Shown here: piece after piece, positions 1 to 9,149 of the stretch | How positions within the stretch are numbered: the stretch's first letter is position 1 | Layout: each line of letters starts with the position of its first letter | NCBI GenBank assembly: GCA_041493345.1 | Contig: JBGPYQ010000001.1 | Location: forward strand, 1-45,508 | Reading direction: 5' to 3' | DNA: 45,508 nucleotides | Source: Gammaproteobacteria bacterium | GTDB taxonomy: Bacteria; Pseudomonadota; Gammaproteobacteria; Burkholderiales; SG8-39 | Made by a program: the position numbers and the translations under genes | The notes under the pieces: model-generated | The model's input: only the letters and a program-made list of their open reading frames with translations | Database searches by the model: none | Told to the model about the DNA's origin: nothing

Positions 1-2
1 AC

Positions 3-152
3 CGCGGCGGCCCGATGTTCTACGCCGACACGGTGGGCCTGAAAAACGTCGTCGCGGCAATGCAGAAATACAGTAACGGCTATCATGGCGAGTGCTGGCG
101 GGCGGCGCCACTGTTAGCGAAACTCGCCGCCGAAGGCAAAACGTTCAACTGA
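3..152 (+). CDS. 3-hydroxyacyl-CoA dehydrogenase / fatty-acid oxidation protein, C-terminal tail only (5' end outside window)
   Basis: Frame open from window edge to TGA 150-152. It translates RGGPMFYADTVGLKNVVAAMQKYSNGYHGECWRAAPLLAKLAAEGKTFN, which I recognise as the usual C-terminal tail of FadB/FadN-type 3-hydroxyacyl-CoA dehydrogenases. Confidence 0.7.
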   Translation, partial: RGGPMFYADTVGLKNVVAAMQKYSNGYHGECWRAAPLLAKLAAEGKTFN

Positions 153-165
153 TATCAACATTTCG

Positions 166-200
166 CCGTTCGTCCTGAGCTTGTCGAAGGACGAACGTTC
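166..200. repeat. Left hairpin / terminal inverted repeat of GIY-YIG cassette
   Basis: Sequence ccgttcgtcc-tgagcttgtcgaa-ggacgaacgttc. The 8-bp stem is gttcgtcc/ggacgaac (168-175 / 189-196). It matches the reverse complement of 503-537 at 30 of 35 positions. Confidence 0.8.
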
Positions 201-227
201 GCAACACAGGAGCATCACAACAATCGA

Positions 228-563
228 ATGGCATTTTGGGTTTACGTTTTAAGATGTGCCGACGGCTCTTATTACACCGGGCACTCGGACAACCTTGAGA
301 CTCGGGTTGCGCAGCACCAAGCCGGAACTATCGCGGGATATACAAGTTCGCGACTACCAATAACGCTGGTATTCTCTCAATCGTTTTCCTCCCGAGAGGA
401 AGCACTTGCTGGCAAGCAGAAAATCAAAGGTTGGAGTAGGAAGAAGAAAGAGGCGATGATGCTTGGAGACTGGGCTGAAGTGTCGCGATTGAGCCGTTCG
501 GCGAACGTTCGTGGTTCGACAGGCTCACCACGAACGGAACCAACGTTTCAGAGGAAGAAGTGA
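228..563 (+). CDS. GIY-YIG nuclease family protein (small UPF0213/YhbQ-like)
   Basis: ATG at 228. The N-terminus FWVYVLRCADGSYYTGHSDNLETRVAQHQAG..GYTSSRLP..LVFSQSF.SREEALAGKQKIKGWSRKKK carries the GIY..YTG, R, H, E and K.W.R.KK signatures. The last ~20 codons read through the right hairpin repeat, so the true C-terminus is uncertain. The stop overlaps the next gene's start (GTGA). Confidence 0.8.
   Translation: MAFWVYVLRCADGSYYTGHSDNLETRVAQHQAGTIAGYTSSRLPITLVFSQSFSSREEALAGKQKIKGWSRKKKEAMMLGDWAEVSRLSRSANVRGSTGSPRTEPTFQRKK
503..537. repeat. Right hairpin / terminal inverted repeat of GIY-YIG cassette
   Basis: Sequence gaacgttcgtgg-ttcgacaggctca-ccacgaacgg. The stem is cgttcgtgg/ccacgaacg. The loop is the reverse complement of the left-copy loop apart from one base. 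Confidence 0.8.
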
Positions 564-1336
564 GCGTCAAGAAACTCCTCGATCTTACCGGAAAAGTCGC
601 CCTCGTCACCGGCGGCTCGCGCGGGCTCGGGCTGCAGATCGCCGAAGCCCTCGGCGAAATGGGCGCGAGGCTCGCGATCGCCGCGAGGAAGAGCGAAGAG
701 CTCGAGGAGGCGCGCACGCACCTCGCCGCCCAGGGCGCGGAAGCCCTGCCCCTTGCTTGCGATCTCTCCAGGCCCGAGGCGATCGAGCCGATGGTGTCCA
801 AAGTGCTCGCGCATTACGGCAAGGTGGACATTCTCGTGAACAATGCCGGAGCGACCTGGGGCGCGCCCGCCGAGGACCATCCGCTGGACGCCTGGCAGAA
901 ACTCGTAAACCTGAATCTCACCGGCACCTTCCTCGTCACGCAGGCGGTGGGAAAGCGCTCGATGATCCCGAACCGCTATGGAAAAATCATCAACGTGGCT
1001 TCGATCGCCGGCCTGCGCGGCAATTCGTTGGGAATGCTGAAGACGCTCGCCTACAACACGACAAAAGGAGGCTTGGTGAATTTCACCCGCGCGCTCGCCG
1101 GAGAATGGGGGGAGCACAATATCACGGTGAACGCGATCGCCCCGGGTTTCTTTCCCTCGAAAATGACGAAGGGTTCCCTGGAACGGATCGGCGAGAAGGT
1201 GATCGCGAACTCGCCCCTGCACCGGCTCGGCGATGGGGAGGACCTGAAAGGCGTGGTGGCGCTGCTCGCCTCCGATGCCTCACGCCACATCACCGGACAA
1301 ATCATCGCCGTCGACGGCGGCGCGAGCGCCGTCTGA
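560..1336 (+). CDS. SDR family oxidoreductase
   Basis: GTG start overlapping the preceding stop. Carries the TGGSRGLG Rossmann motif, NNAG, and the catalytic YNTTK (YxxxK). 258 aa. Confidence 0.9.
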   Translation: MSVKKLLDLTGKVALVTGGSRGLGLQIAEALGEMGARLAIAARKSEELEEARTHLAAQGAEALPLACDLSRPEAIEPMVSKVLAHYGKVDILVNNAGATWGAPAEDHPLDAWQKLVNLNLTGTFLVTQAVGKRSMIPNRYGKIINVASIAGLRGNSLGMLKTLAYNTTKGGLVNFTRALAGEWGEHNITVNAIAPGFFPSKMTKGSLERIGEKVIANSPLHRLGDGEDLKGVVALLASDASRHITGQIIAVDGGASAV

Positions 1337-1365
1337 GGAAGGGACGCGCCCATTGCGCATCATTC

Positions 1366-1776
1366 ATGACGCAAAATTCCCACGACATAAAGATCCCGTT
1401 CACCGAGCACCTCGGCGTGCAGCTCGTGGAAATGACCCGCGAGCACGCGGTGGTGTCGCTGCAGAGGCGGCCCGAGCTGCTGAACAGCTGGGGCGCCACC
1501 CACGGCGGGGTGATCATGACCATGCTGGATCTGGCCATGAGCTGGGCGGTGCGCGGCCACTACGAGGTCATCGGCGGGGTGCTGACGGTGGACCTGAGCG
1601 TCGGCTTCATGAAAGCGGGCTTCGGCGACAAGGTGACCGCCGAAGGCCGCGTGCTCCACGGCGGCAAGTCCACGGCGTTCTGCGAGGCGGAAGCCCGCGA
1701 CGACAAGGGCGCCCTGCTCGCCAAGGCGATCGGCACCTTCAAGCTGCTCGCCGCCAAGGAGAAAAAAAACGGATAA
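1366..1776 (+). CDS. PaaI-family hotdog-fold thioesterase
   Basis: The ATG at 1366 lies inside the long shadow ORF 511..1776. The product has the PaaI-like core WGATHGGVIMTMLDLAMSWAV ... GRVLHGGKSTAFCEAE. 136 aa. Confidence 0.85.
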   Translation: MTQNSHDIKIPFTEHLGVQLVEMTREHAVVSLQRRPELLNSWGATHGGVIMTMLDLAMSWAVRGHYEVIGGVLTVDLSVGFMKAGFGDKVTAEGRVLHGGKSTAFCEAEARDDKGALLAKAIGTFKLLAAKEKKNG

Positions 1777-1958
1777 CGAGCCGCTTGGCGGTGCGTGTCG
1801 AAGCGGGGGTTAAATCCGCTGGTTCGATAGAAGCAACGGTGACCTGATCGCGTCGCAGATACCATCGACCGCCTGCTCTCGACCCATTGCGATTACTCAA
1901 CCGAGCACCACTGCCCACCAAGCGAAGTCCACCGCTCGATGCGGCGGGCCCGCCTGCG

Positions 1959-2765
1959 CTAGTACCAGTGGTAGCGCACTTCCAGCCCGTATTCGCGTGT
2001 CCAGTTGCGCGGCTCCAGGCCGCCACGACCCAGGCCGATGGGCTGGATGTCCGAGTCCTTGATGCTCCAGTAATGCAGCCACGGGCCGAACGCCCAGTGG
2101 TCCATCTGCACCATCAGCGAGGCGCGGTAGCCGCGCCCGTGCCTCTGGTTGTTGCTCACGTCGTTGAATCCGAGGCCGGTATCCGAGAGCTTGGTCTCCT
2201 GCCTTCCACGCAGGAAGGCGTCGTACTCGAGCGTCGGGGCGAGGACCCATTTGCTGCCCATGTCGAAACGGGCGGTGAGGCCGAACGGCGCGTACAGGTA
2301 ATTGGAGTAGCGGCGGTAACCGACGAAGTTGGTGGAGGTGTAGCCGCGCGAATCGTCGTAGAGAAAGCGGTAGCCGAGGCCCAGGTAAGGCGACAGGGTC
2401 ACGAGCCGTCCGGGGAAAAAATCCATGCCGACGACGGCGCGCGTCTCGAAGATCGTGTCGGGAACCCCGGTCTGCGTGCCGCTGCCCTCGTAATCGGTCT
2501 TGCCGTAGGCGAGCCGGCCGTCGATGCGCGTGAAGATATGCCGCTCGTCGTCGGTGAAGGTATAGGCCCCGGTGGCGCCGGCGAGATGGCCGGTGATTTT
2601 AACCGCCAGGTCGGGCTCTTCGTAGCGGTACTTCGACACCTGCCCGCCGGCCTCCCATCCATTGCGGGTGGTCATGGACGGATCGGGGCTCTGCGCCGCC
2701 GCGCCCTGGGACAGCGCGCCCAGAACGGCCCCCATCGCCACCATTGCCAGAATTCTTCTTGTCAT
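1959..2765 (-). CDS. Outer-membrane beta-barrel protein (uncharacterised family)
   Basis: Start taken at the internal ATG 2765 (MTRRILAMVAMGAVLGALSQGAAAQ signal peptide, GAGGGGG RBS upstream). The body has alternating aromatic/Gly-rich strands and a C-terminal ...EYGLEVRYHWY aromatic terminus. Confidence 0.75.
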   Translation of the reverse strand: MTRRILAMVAMGAVLGALSQGAAAQSPDPSMTTRNGWEAGGQVSKYRYEEPDLAVKITGHLAGATGAYTFTDDERHIFTRIDGRLAYGKTDYEGSGTQTGVPDTIFETRAVVGMDFFPGRLVTLSPYLGLGYRFLYDDSRGYTSTNFVGYRRYSNYLYAPFGLTARFDMGSKWVLAPTLEYDAFLRGRQETKLSDTGLGFNDVSNNQRHGRGYRASLMVQMDHWAFGPWLHYWSIKDSDIQPIGLGRGGLEPRNWTREYGLEVRYHWY

Positions 2766-2819
2766 TCGAGCCCCCTCTGAATACCGGGCAATCATACTAC
2801 CGCGCCGCCAGTCACAAAC

Positions 2820-2903
2820 CGGCGGCGGGCCCTCCCGCGCTAGCGCCAGCGATAGCGCACTTCCAGCCCGTACTCGCGCGCCCAGTTGTTCGGCACGATG
2901 CCG
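2820..2903 (-). pseudogene. Remnant of the 3' end of a paralogous outer-membrane beta-barrel gene
   Basis: 2840-2900 reverse-translates to ..IVPNNWAREYGLEVRYRWR*, against ..EPRNWTREYGLEVRYHWY* for the intact gene. About 20 nt downstream of the stop also match (ggcggcgggccctcccgcgcta vs gcggcgggcccgcctgcgcta). No ORF continues upstream. Confidence 0.6.
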
Positions 2904-3388
2904 CTGAAGGGGAATAGGGATTTTAAACGCCTCTTTCGGCCAATCATGAATTTATCGCCTGGCGGGCGAGTGGGTCAATCGCAACCGATCGCACGGGTGT
3001 TTGGTGAAGATTGCGCTCTTGCGGCGATTCTTCGGGCGATGCATCGGCCCGGATCGGCTGATCTAGTCACGATCGGGCCGTTCGCTCGGGCGCGGGCCGA
3101 GCCGTATCGTCGGCTCGGTTGCTGAATCGCTATGGGTTGGGGATCAAGCCGCTTGGAATAGATCGAGCCTGGCCCCAAATAATTCACTCTTCTTCCTGGC
3201 GTCACAGGCTTAACCGAGTGACATGAGACCCCGGCCCCTTCTATTTCCTCTGCGTGTGCTGGCGTACAGACCCCTCCGCGTCGTCGGCGTAACGTCAACT
3301 TCGCATTACGCCGGGGGTCCCCGGTGCGTGCTTCAGGCTGCCGTGCAGCGGCCGGCCATCAATTCTCAATCACAAAGGAGTGAACATT

Positions 3389-3679
3389 ATGAGTATGCAA
3401 TTTGAGTATTTCACCAACATGGAGTCGCAACTGAAGCAATGGGATGCCGAGGTCGATAAGCTGAACGCCGCTGGCGAAAAAGCCGATGCCGCAGCACGCG
3501 CCACGTACAAGGAACAGGTCAAGGCGATGCGCGTCAACCGCGATGCTGCGTACAAGAAACTGGCGGAAATGCGCAAGGCCACCGAGTCGGTGGGTAAGCA
3601 GATGCAGGCCGGACTGGACGCGACCTGGGAATCGATGAAGAAAGGCCTGGAAGCAGCCACAGCGAGTGTCAAGAAATAA
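3389..3679 (+). CDS. Small coiled-coil protein, function unknown
   Basis: AAGGAG RBS at 3375-3380 lies 8 nt before the ATG at 3389. The 96-aa product is Lys/Glu/Ala-rich with a heptad-like pattern (MSMQFEYFTNMESQLKQWDAEVDKLNAAGEKADAAARATYKEQVKAM...). Confidence 0.6.
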   Translation: MSMQFEYFTNMESQLKQWDAEVDKLNAAGEKADAAARATYKEQVKAMRVNRDAAYKKLAEMRKATESVGKQMQAGLDATWESMKKGLEAATASVKK

Positions 3680-3911
3680 CCTGCCCGAGAAGTGACGTCC
3701 CTGTCCCGACGGCGCTAATCGCGCGAGCGATCGAGACAGGGCAGAACAATCGGGGCGACCACGATTATTTGCGAAGTAAGCCCGCTCGGAAAACAAAGGG
3801 CGGTCTATCCCCAAGCGCCCACCCAATGCCCACCGCGATTTGCGTTTCGCTCGAACCTTTCCGCGCCGTCAGTTGCGCCTGAGTAAACGAGCGCGCGCAG
3901 CGCGCCGGCCT

Positions 3912-4685
3912 TTACCCGGTCTTCGGCGCGAGCGGCATCTCGCCGCCTCCGAGTATCAGCCGGTTCCAGGTCGGGGTGATCACGATCTCGTTCAGGCACA
4001 CGTGCGCGGGCGACTCGGCGACGAAGCGCACCACCCGTCCCAGGTCTTCCATCTTCAGCATGCGCGCCTGGTCCTCGGGAGAAGGCGGCTTCGGCCGCGC
4101 TTTTTGCATGGGCGTCACGGTCTCGCCCGGGAAGATGGCGCAGCCGCGAATGCCGTGCAGTCCCTCCTCGATATTGAGCTGGTGCGTCATCGCGGCGAGC
4201 GCCTGCTTGCTGGCGTTGTACGCGGCGCCGCCGACGTAGCCCGGATAGCGCGCGAACCAGGACGCGATGTTTATCACGAGGCCGTCCCCCCGCTCGCGCA
4301 TCGAGGGCAGCACGGCGAGCGTGCAGTAGAAGGCCCCGTTCAGGTTGATGCCGACGACCTTGTCCCATTCACCCGCGTCGAGGTCCCTGAAAAAGCGCTT
4401 CGGGATATTGATTCCCGCGCAGTTGACGAGGATGTCGATGTGGCCGTGGCGCGAGAAGATTCCGGACGCCGCCAGGGCCACCGCCTGCTTGTCCGCGATA
4501 TCGAGCGCAACTGTTTCGGACTTGCCGCCGGCCTTCCCGATCAGGGTTTTCGTCTCGGCGAGGGCCGACTCGCGGCGTCCCGACACCACCACGGTTGCGC
4601 CGGCCTTCGCCAGCTCCACGGCGGCCGACTGGCCGATGCCGCTGCCGCCGCCGGTCACCCACGCCACTTTACGCTGCAGGTCCAT
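3912..4685 (-). CDS. SDR family oxidoreductase
   Basis: Carries TGGGSGIG, NCAG and the catalytic YNASK. 257 aa. Confidence 0.9.
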   Translation of the reverse strand: MDLQRKVAWVTGGGSGIGQSAAVELAKAGATVVVSGRRESALAETKTLIGKAGGKSETVALDIADKQAVALAASGIFSRHGHIDILVNCAGINIPKRFFRDLDAGEWDKVVGINLNGAFYCTLAVLPSMRERGDGLVINIASWFARYPGYVGGAAYNASKQALAAMTHQLNIEEGLHGIRGCAIFPGETVTPMQKARPKPPSPEDQARMLKMEDLGRVVRFVAESPAHVCLNEIVITPTWNRLILGGGEMPLAPKTG

Positions 4686-4704
4686 TGTTCCGCTCCAGAG
4701 TTTA

Positions 4705-4754
4705 GTCGTTAAACGCGGTCGTTAAACGCGGTCGTTAAACGCGGTCGTTCAACA
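4705..4754. repeat. 13-bp tandem repeat, 3 full units plus a degenerate fourth
   Basis: gtcgttaaacgcg at 4705-4717, 4718-4730 and 4731-4743, then gtcgttcaaca. It sits 20 nt upstream of the SDR start (4685) and downstream of the M48 gene stop (4796). Confidence 0.9.
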
Positions 4755-4795
4755 CAGCCGTTCACCACGGGGATTCGGCGTCTGCCTGCCCGCGC

Positions 4796-6787
4796 CTAGT
4801 GCTCGATAGGCTCCGCGGTGTCGAGAATCGGAGGCAAGGGGCTGTCGAGGGCGGCGCAGATGGCGCGCACCAGCTCGCCCTCGGCCACCGTCAGCTTGTC
4901 ATCGGCCATGACCACCTCGACGCACGCCTTGACGAACAACGGCTTCTTCAGTGGCGCGAGCAGATTGAGCTCGCGCAGCGCGTCCTCGACCGCCGCAATA
5001 TTGAGTTCGGCGGGCGCGCGCAGTACTCCGCCGGGAATGCCCAGCGCCGACATCCCCTTGTCGAACGCAGACATGCCGCCCTTGCCCGAGTGTGCCAGCA
5101 GCGACAGCACCACGGCTGCTTGCGCCGCGGCGGTTTCGATCATCTTGTGTTTCACCGGCGGCGCGCCTTTTTCGATTTTCTGAAGGTGGCGCCGGCAAAG
5201 GGTCAGCAGCACGAACTCGCCCAGCGTCACCTTGCGGTCGGCCTCGATCAAGGCCGCGATCTGAGCGAGCAGCACGTCGCGCTCGGGCTGGGAAAGCATT
5301 TTCAGAGTCGGAATGGCCAATTCGAGCACGGGCAGGCGCACGCGTACTCCAAGCGGACGCAGCGCTTCGGCAAATCGGGCGCATTGCTCGGCGACCCCCG
5401 TCCCGGAATCCCTGCCGATGAGCAAGAGCTGCCGCTCGCGCACCGCGCTCTCGCCCAACAAGAGCGCGAACAGCGCGGCCTGGGCGCTCTCTTTGCTCCC
5501 GGCCGCTGCGCGGATCTCCACGGGAATGGCGTCGAGCACCCGGCGCGCGTATTCGAAATGCGCGGCGGACGGATTGCCGACGCTTTCCATCACAGCCTGC
5601 GAAGTCGTCGCGACCGTTTCCGGAGCCAGGCCGAACGCGACCCCGGCCACGCCGGCGAGCCCTATCGGGGCACTCGTCGCGCCGCCATAACCCATGAGCG
5701 GACTCATCAACTCGGCGACCACCGGGCTTTCCATTGCCGCCACCGCGGCTGCTTCCGCGCGCTTCATCCGGTCGCGCAAAATCATCTTGGCGCCCGGCCC
5801 CATGATGCGCTCGACGCGCTCGTCCAGCGGCGGGTGGGATCTGAGCCAATCAAACTCGAAGAAATTGTTCACGGGCGCGCCGATGCACATGTGTGAAAGT
5901 TCCTCGGCATAGCGTTGCGAAACGACGCTGCCGCGCTGACCGATCTTGAAGAGCGCGCCGCCGAGTCCGTCCGGGTTTCGGGTGAACTGGACCGAGGAGG
6001 CATCGGCGAGGAACTCGCGCTCGCGCGAGACGGCCGCCTTGATAAGCCGCCCGGCGAATACGCCGATGGAACCGATCAGCCACAACCCCAGGCCGAGCAT
6101 AAACAGCCGGAAATCCGTCCTCCATCGGCGGTCACTCTCGTAATCATTGCGGCCGCCGCCCATCAGAAAAGCGCCGGTCGAGCCGATCACCATGATGCCG
6201 GCGATCACCCCCAGCAGGCGAACATTGAGACGCATGTCGCCGTTGAGGATGTGGCTGAACTCGTGGCCGATCACTCCCTGCATCTCATCGCGATTCAGCA
6301 GCTCAAGCGCCCCATGCGTGACGATCACCGCCGCCTCGTCGGGCGAGTAGCCGGCGGCAAAGGCGTTGATCGAGCGCTGATCGTCGATCACGAACACCTG
6401 CGGCACGGCGATGCCGGAGGCGAGCGCCATCTCCTCGACGATGTTGAGCAGCCGTCGCTCCAGCGGCTCCATGCTGTTGCGCGCGATTCTGCGCGCGCCG
6501 ACCATGGTCGCCACTGCCGTGCCGCCTTCGGAAAGCCTGTACAACCGCGTCACGGTCCCGCATCCGATGATGAAAAGTGTGATTGCGGTCGTGGCGTAAA
6601 ACACCGGCCGCGGCACCTGGGCCAGCAAGCCGCGGGAAGGATCGAGCGGTGCTTCGGTCGCCAGCATATAGACGATGGCGCCGACGAAGTCGACCACCGC
6701 GACAATGGCGGCAATGGCAATAAGAAACAGCACGACCATCAGCCCGGTATGGCGCCGGGCCCGGTGCTGTTGCTCGAAGAAATTCAT
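4796..6787 (-). CDS. M48-family zinc metalloprotease with long C-terminal non-protease extension
   Basis: HEFSHILNGD (HExxH) follows two N-terminal TM segments, with further TM helices after the motif. Start chosen at MNFFEQQ (ATG 6787). It lies directly downstream of lemA, a commonly seen pairing. Confidence 0.85.
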   Translation of the reverse strand: MNFFEQQHRARRHTGLMVVLFLIAIAAIVAVVDFVGAIVYMLATEAPLDPSRGLLAQVPRPVFYATTAITLFIIGCGTVTRLYRLSEGGTAVATMVGARRIARNSMEPLERRLLNIVEEMALASGIAVPQVFVIDDQRSINAFAAGYSPDEAAVIVTHGALELLNRDEMQGVIGHEFSHILNGDMRLNVRLLGVIAGIMVIGSTGAFLMGGGRNDYESDRRWRTDFRLFMLGLGLWLIGSIGVFAGRLIKAAVSREREFLADASSVQFTRNPDGLGGALFKIGQRGSVVSQRYAEELSHMCIGAPVNNFFEFDWLRSHPPLDERVERIMGPGAKMILRDRMKRAEAAAVAAMESPVVAELMSPLMGYGGATSAPIGLAGVAGVAFGLAPETVATTSQAVMESVGNPSAAHFEYARRVLDAIPVEIRAAAGSKESAQAALFALLLGESAVRERQLLLIGRDSGTGVAEQCARFAEALRPLGVRVRLPVLELAIPTLKMLSQPERDVLLAQIAALIEADRKVTLGEFVLLTLCRRHLQKIEKGAPPVKHKMIETAAAQAAVVLSLLAHSGKGGMSAFDKGMSALGIPGGVLRAPAELNIAAVEDALRELNLLAPLKKPLFVKACVEVVMADDKLTVAEGELVRAICAALDSPLPPILDTAEPIEH

Positions 6788-6820
6788 CGCGCAGCCTGCG
6801 CGAGCGCCCGGCAAGAGGCG

Positions 6821-7417
6821 CTAGCTGAACGAAACTTTGACCGGCTTGCGCTCGTCGGGGGACTCGGTGGATTCCAGCAGCGTTGCGCTGCGGAAGCCCC
6901 CCGAACCGGCGACGAAATTTCCCGGGAAGCTTTCGATTGCGGTGTTGTAGCTCATCACGGCATCGTTATAGGCCTGGCGCGCAAAACCGATCCTGTTTTC
7001 GGTGCTGGTGAGTTCCTCGGAAAGCTGCATCATGCTCTGGTTGGCCTTGAGGTCCGGATAGGCCTCGGACAGCGCGAACAGCCGTCCCAGCGCGCCGCTC
7101 AGGCCGGCCTCGGCTGCCGCCAATCCCTTCATCGCGTCGGCGTCGGCCGGATCGGCGGCGGCTTTCTGGTTCGCGCTTTGCGCGCTGTTGCGCGCCGTGA
7201 TGACCGCTTCCAGCGTCCCGCGCTCGTGCTTGATGTACTCCTTCGCCATCTCGACAAGGTTGGGGACGAGATCGTAACGGCGCTTGAGCTGCACGTCGAT
7301 CTGGGCGAAACCATTCTTGAAGCCGTTGCGCAGCGCCACCAGTCCGTTGTAGAGCGAGATCAGCCAGACAATGACGCAGACGATGATGCCGATGAAAATC
7401 CAGAATCCCCAGCTCAT
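6821..7417 (-). CDS. lemA: LemA family protein
   Basis: N-terminal TM helix, then LYNGLVALRN...IDVQLKRRYDLVPNLVE...E...LEAVITAR, the typical LemA signature. 198 aa. Confidence 0.9.
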   Translation of the reverse strand: MSWGFWIFIGIIVCVIVWLISLYNGLVALRNGFKNGFAQIDVQLKRRYDLVPNLVEMAKEYIKHERGTLEAVITARNSAQSANQKAAADPADADAMKGLAAAEAGLSGALGRLFALSEAYPDLKANQSMMQLSEELTSTENRIGFARQAYNDAVMSYNTAIESFPGNFVAGSGGFRSATLLESTESPDERKPVKVSFS

Positions 7418-7465
7418 TGATTCCTCCTTGTTTCAATGCCCGCCCGTACCGCGCCGGGACACGAG

Positions 7466-7993
7466 TCAGTCGTCTTCTTCCACGACAACGGTGCCCGCCA
7501 GCTTATCGTGCCAGCCCTGCTTGCGCTTGTCGAACGCGATCCAGAGAAAGCCCAGGCACGCCGGAATGAACGAAACAAGATAGGCAAAGAAGCGGCCTGT
7601 CAGCTGTCCGGTAGAAGGCCTGCCGAGGGTCTTCGCGTCTGCGATTCTGGCTTTCACCAACATTTTTCCGGGCGTAGCACCACGGAAGCGCCAGAACAGG
7701 ATCGTCGCCACCATCAAGGCGATCTGCACCCGGATGTCGAGGATGGCGGCGACCGCGGAATCAGGACGGCCGAGAATATCGAGTACACGCGCCAGGTCGG
7801 CATTCGTGTCGCCCGACGAACTTAGCAGGGCGGCGAACTCGGTTTTGGCTCTGTCGAAATAGCCGCTCCCGTAAACGGCAATCATCACGGGAAGAAGGAT
7901 GACGATCAGGACCAGACAGTCGATGACGAAAGCCAGGAACCGCTTCCAGAAGCCTGCGAAATGGGGTTCGCGCTGCACTGCGTATTCGGCCAT
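7466..7993 (-). CDS. RDD family membrane protein
   Basis: Start at ATG 7993 with AAGGAGG RBS. Has FAGFWKRFLAFVIDCLVL..., three TM segments and the C-terminal WHDKLAGTVVV typical of the RDD family. Confidence 0.8.
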   Translation of the reverse strand: MAEYAVQREPHFAGFWKRFLAFVIDCLVLIVILLPVMIAVYGSGYFDRAKTEFAALLSSSGDTNADLARVLDILGRPDSAVAAILDIRVQIALMVATILFWRFRGATPGKMLVKARIADAKTLGRPSTGQLTGRFFAYLVSFIPACLGFLWIAFDKRKQGWHDKLAGTVVVEEDD

Positions 7994-8108
7994 GGCGGCC
8001 TCCTTCGAGCGGTGACAGTTCCGGTCTGATGAGTCCGGCATGGTAGCCCGATAATTGTGACCGAAGCAACAACGCGGTTATGATGTCGCGGCACTCGAAA
8101 GGACGCGC

Positions 8109-9086
8109 ATGAAAGCGGTGCTGTGCAAGAACTGGGGGCTGCCCGACACGCTCGTCGTCGAAGAACTGCCCTCGCCCAAGCCCGGCAAGGGGCAAATCGC
8201 GGTTTCGGTCAAGGCAAGCGGGGTCAACTTTACCGATGTGCTCGTCATCCAAGGCAAGTATCAGATCAAACCCGAGCTGCCGTTTACTCCAGGCGGGGAG
8301 ATCGCCGGCATCGTGAAGCAGGCCGGCGAGGGCGTGCACGGCTATATGCCCGGAGACGCAGTGATGGCGCTGACAGGCCTGGGCGGATTCGCCGAGGAGG
8401 TCGTGGTCGACGAGACGCGCGTGGCGCCCATGCCCGGGGAGATCGAATTCAAGATCGCGGCCTCGTTCGGCGTGGCCTACTCGAGTGCCTACCACGCGCT
8501 GAAGGACCGTGCCGCGCTGCAGCCCGGCGAGACGCTGCTGGTGCTGGGAGCCTCGGGCGGCGTGGGGCTCGCCGCGGTGGAACTGGGCAAGCTCATGGGC
8601 GCGCGCGTCATTGCCTGCGCCTCGGACGACGACAAGCTCGAGATTTGCAAGCTCCATGGCGCGAAGATCGTGATCAATTACGAACGCGAGGATTTGCGCG
8701 AGGCCATCCGGCATCTCACCGTCAACAGGGGCGTCGACGTGGTCTTCGACCCGGTGGGCGGAAAGTATACGGAGAGCGCCCTGCGCGGCATTGCGCGCAA
8801 CGGCCGCTACCTCGTGATCGGCTTCGCCGCGGGTGAAATTCCAACGATCCCGCTCAACCTCGCGCTGCTGAAGAGCTGTTCCATCATCGGCGTGTTCTGG
8901 GGCGATTTCGCCAAGCGCGAGCCCGCCGCGAACGCCGCGAATCTCAAGGAACTGACGGCCTGGCTGCGCGCCGGGAAAATCACGCCGCTGGTGAGCGCAA
9001 CTTATCCGCTCGTGCGCGCCGCGGACGCGCTCAACGATTTGATGAACCGGAGGGTGCGGGGAAAAGTCGCGCTCGTCACCGGCTAG
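8109..9086 (+). CDS. NADPH:quinone oxidoreductase (medium-chain dehydrogenase/reductase, zeta-crystallin type)
   Basis: 325 aa with PGKGQIAVSVKASGVNFTD, PFTPGGEIAGIV and the LGASGGVGLAAVELGK nucleotide-binding motif. Confidence 0.9.
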   Translation: MKAVLCKNWGLPDTLVVEELPSPKPGKGQIAVSVKASGVNFTDVLVIQGKYQIKPELPFTPGGEIAGIVKQAGEGVHGYMPGDAVMALTGLGGFAEEVVVDETRVAPMPGEIEFKIAASFGVAYSSAYHALKDRAALQPGETLLVLGASGGVGLAAVELGKLMGARVIACASDDDKLEICKLHGAKIVINYEREDLREAIRHLTVNRGVDVVFDPVGGKYTESALRGIARNGRYLVIGFAAGEIPTIPLNLALLKSCSIIGVFWGDFAKREPAANAANLKELTAWLRAGKITPLVSATYPLVRAADALNDLMNRRVRGKVALVTG

Positions 9087-9149
9087 GCGCGCAACCGGCG
9101 CGGCGGGTTTGAAAGCCGGCGGCGCGAGCCTCCCGGCGCAGCCGGCCGT

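Noticed and set aside
511-1776. 421-aa ORF spanning the SDR and thioesterase genes. Similar long ORFs occur at 548-1222, 4799-5896, 5915-7420, 7761-8714, 10147-12021, 17632-19011, 17700-19559 (N-terminal part) and 20695-22182.
   Set aside because: Their translations are Arg/Ala/Gly/Pro-rich with no motifs. They overlap genes that have clear family signatures in another frame or strand. They are typical shadow ORFs of high-GC DNA.
4705-4754. Possible CRISPR array.
   Set aside because: The units are directly tandem with no spacers, only 13 bp long, and there are no cas genes.
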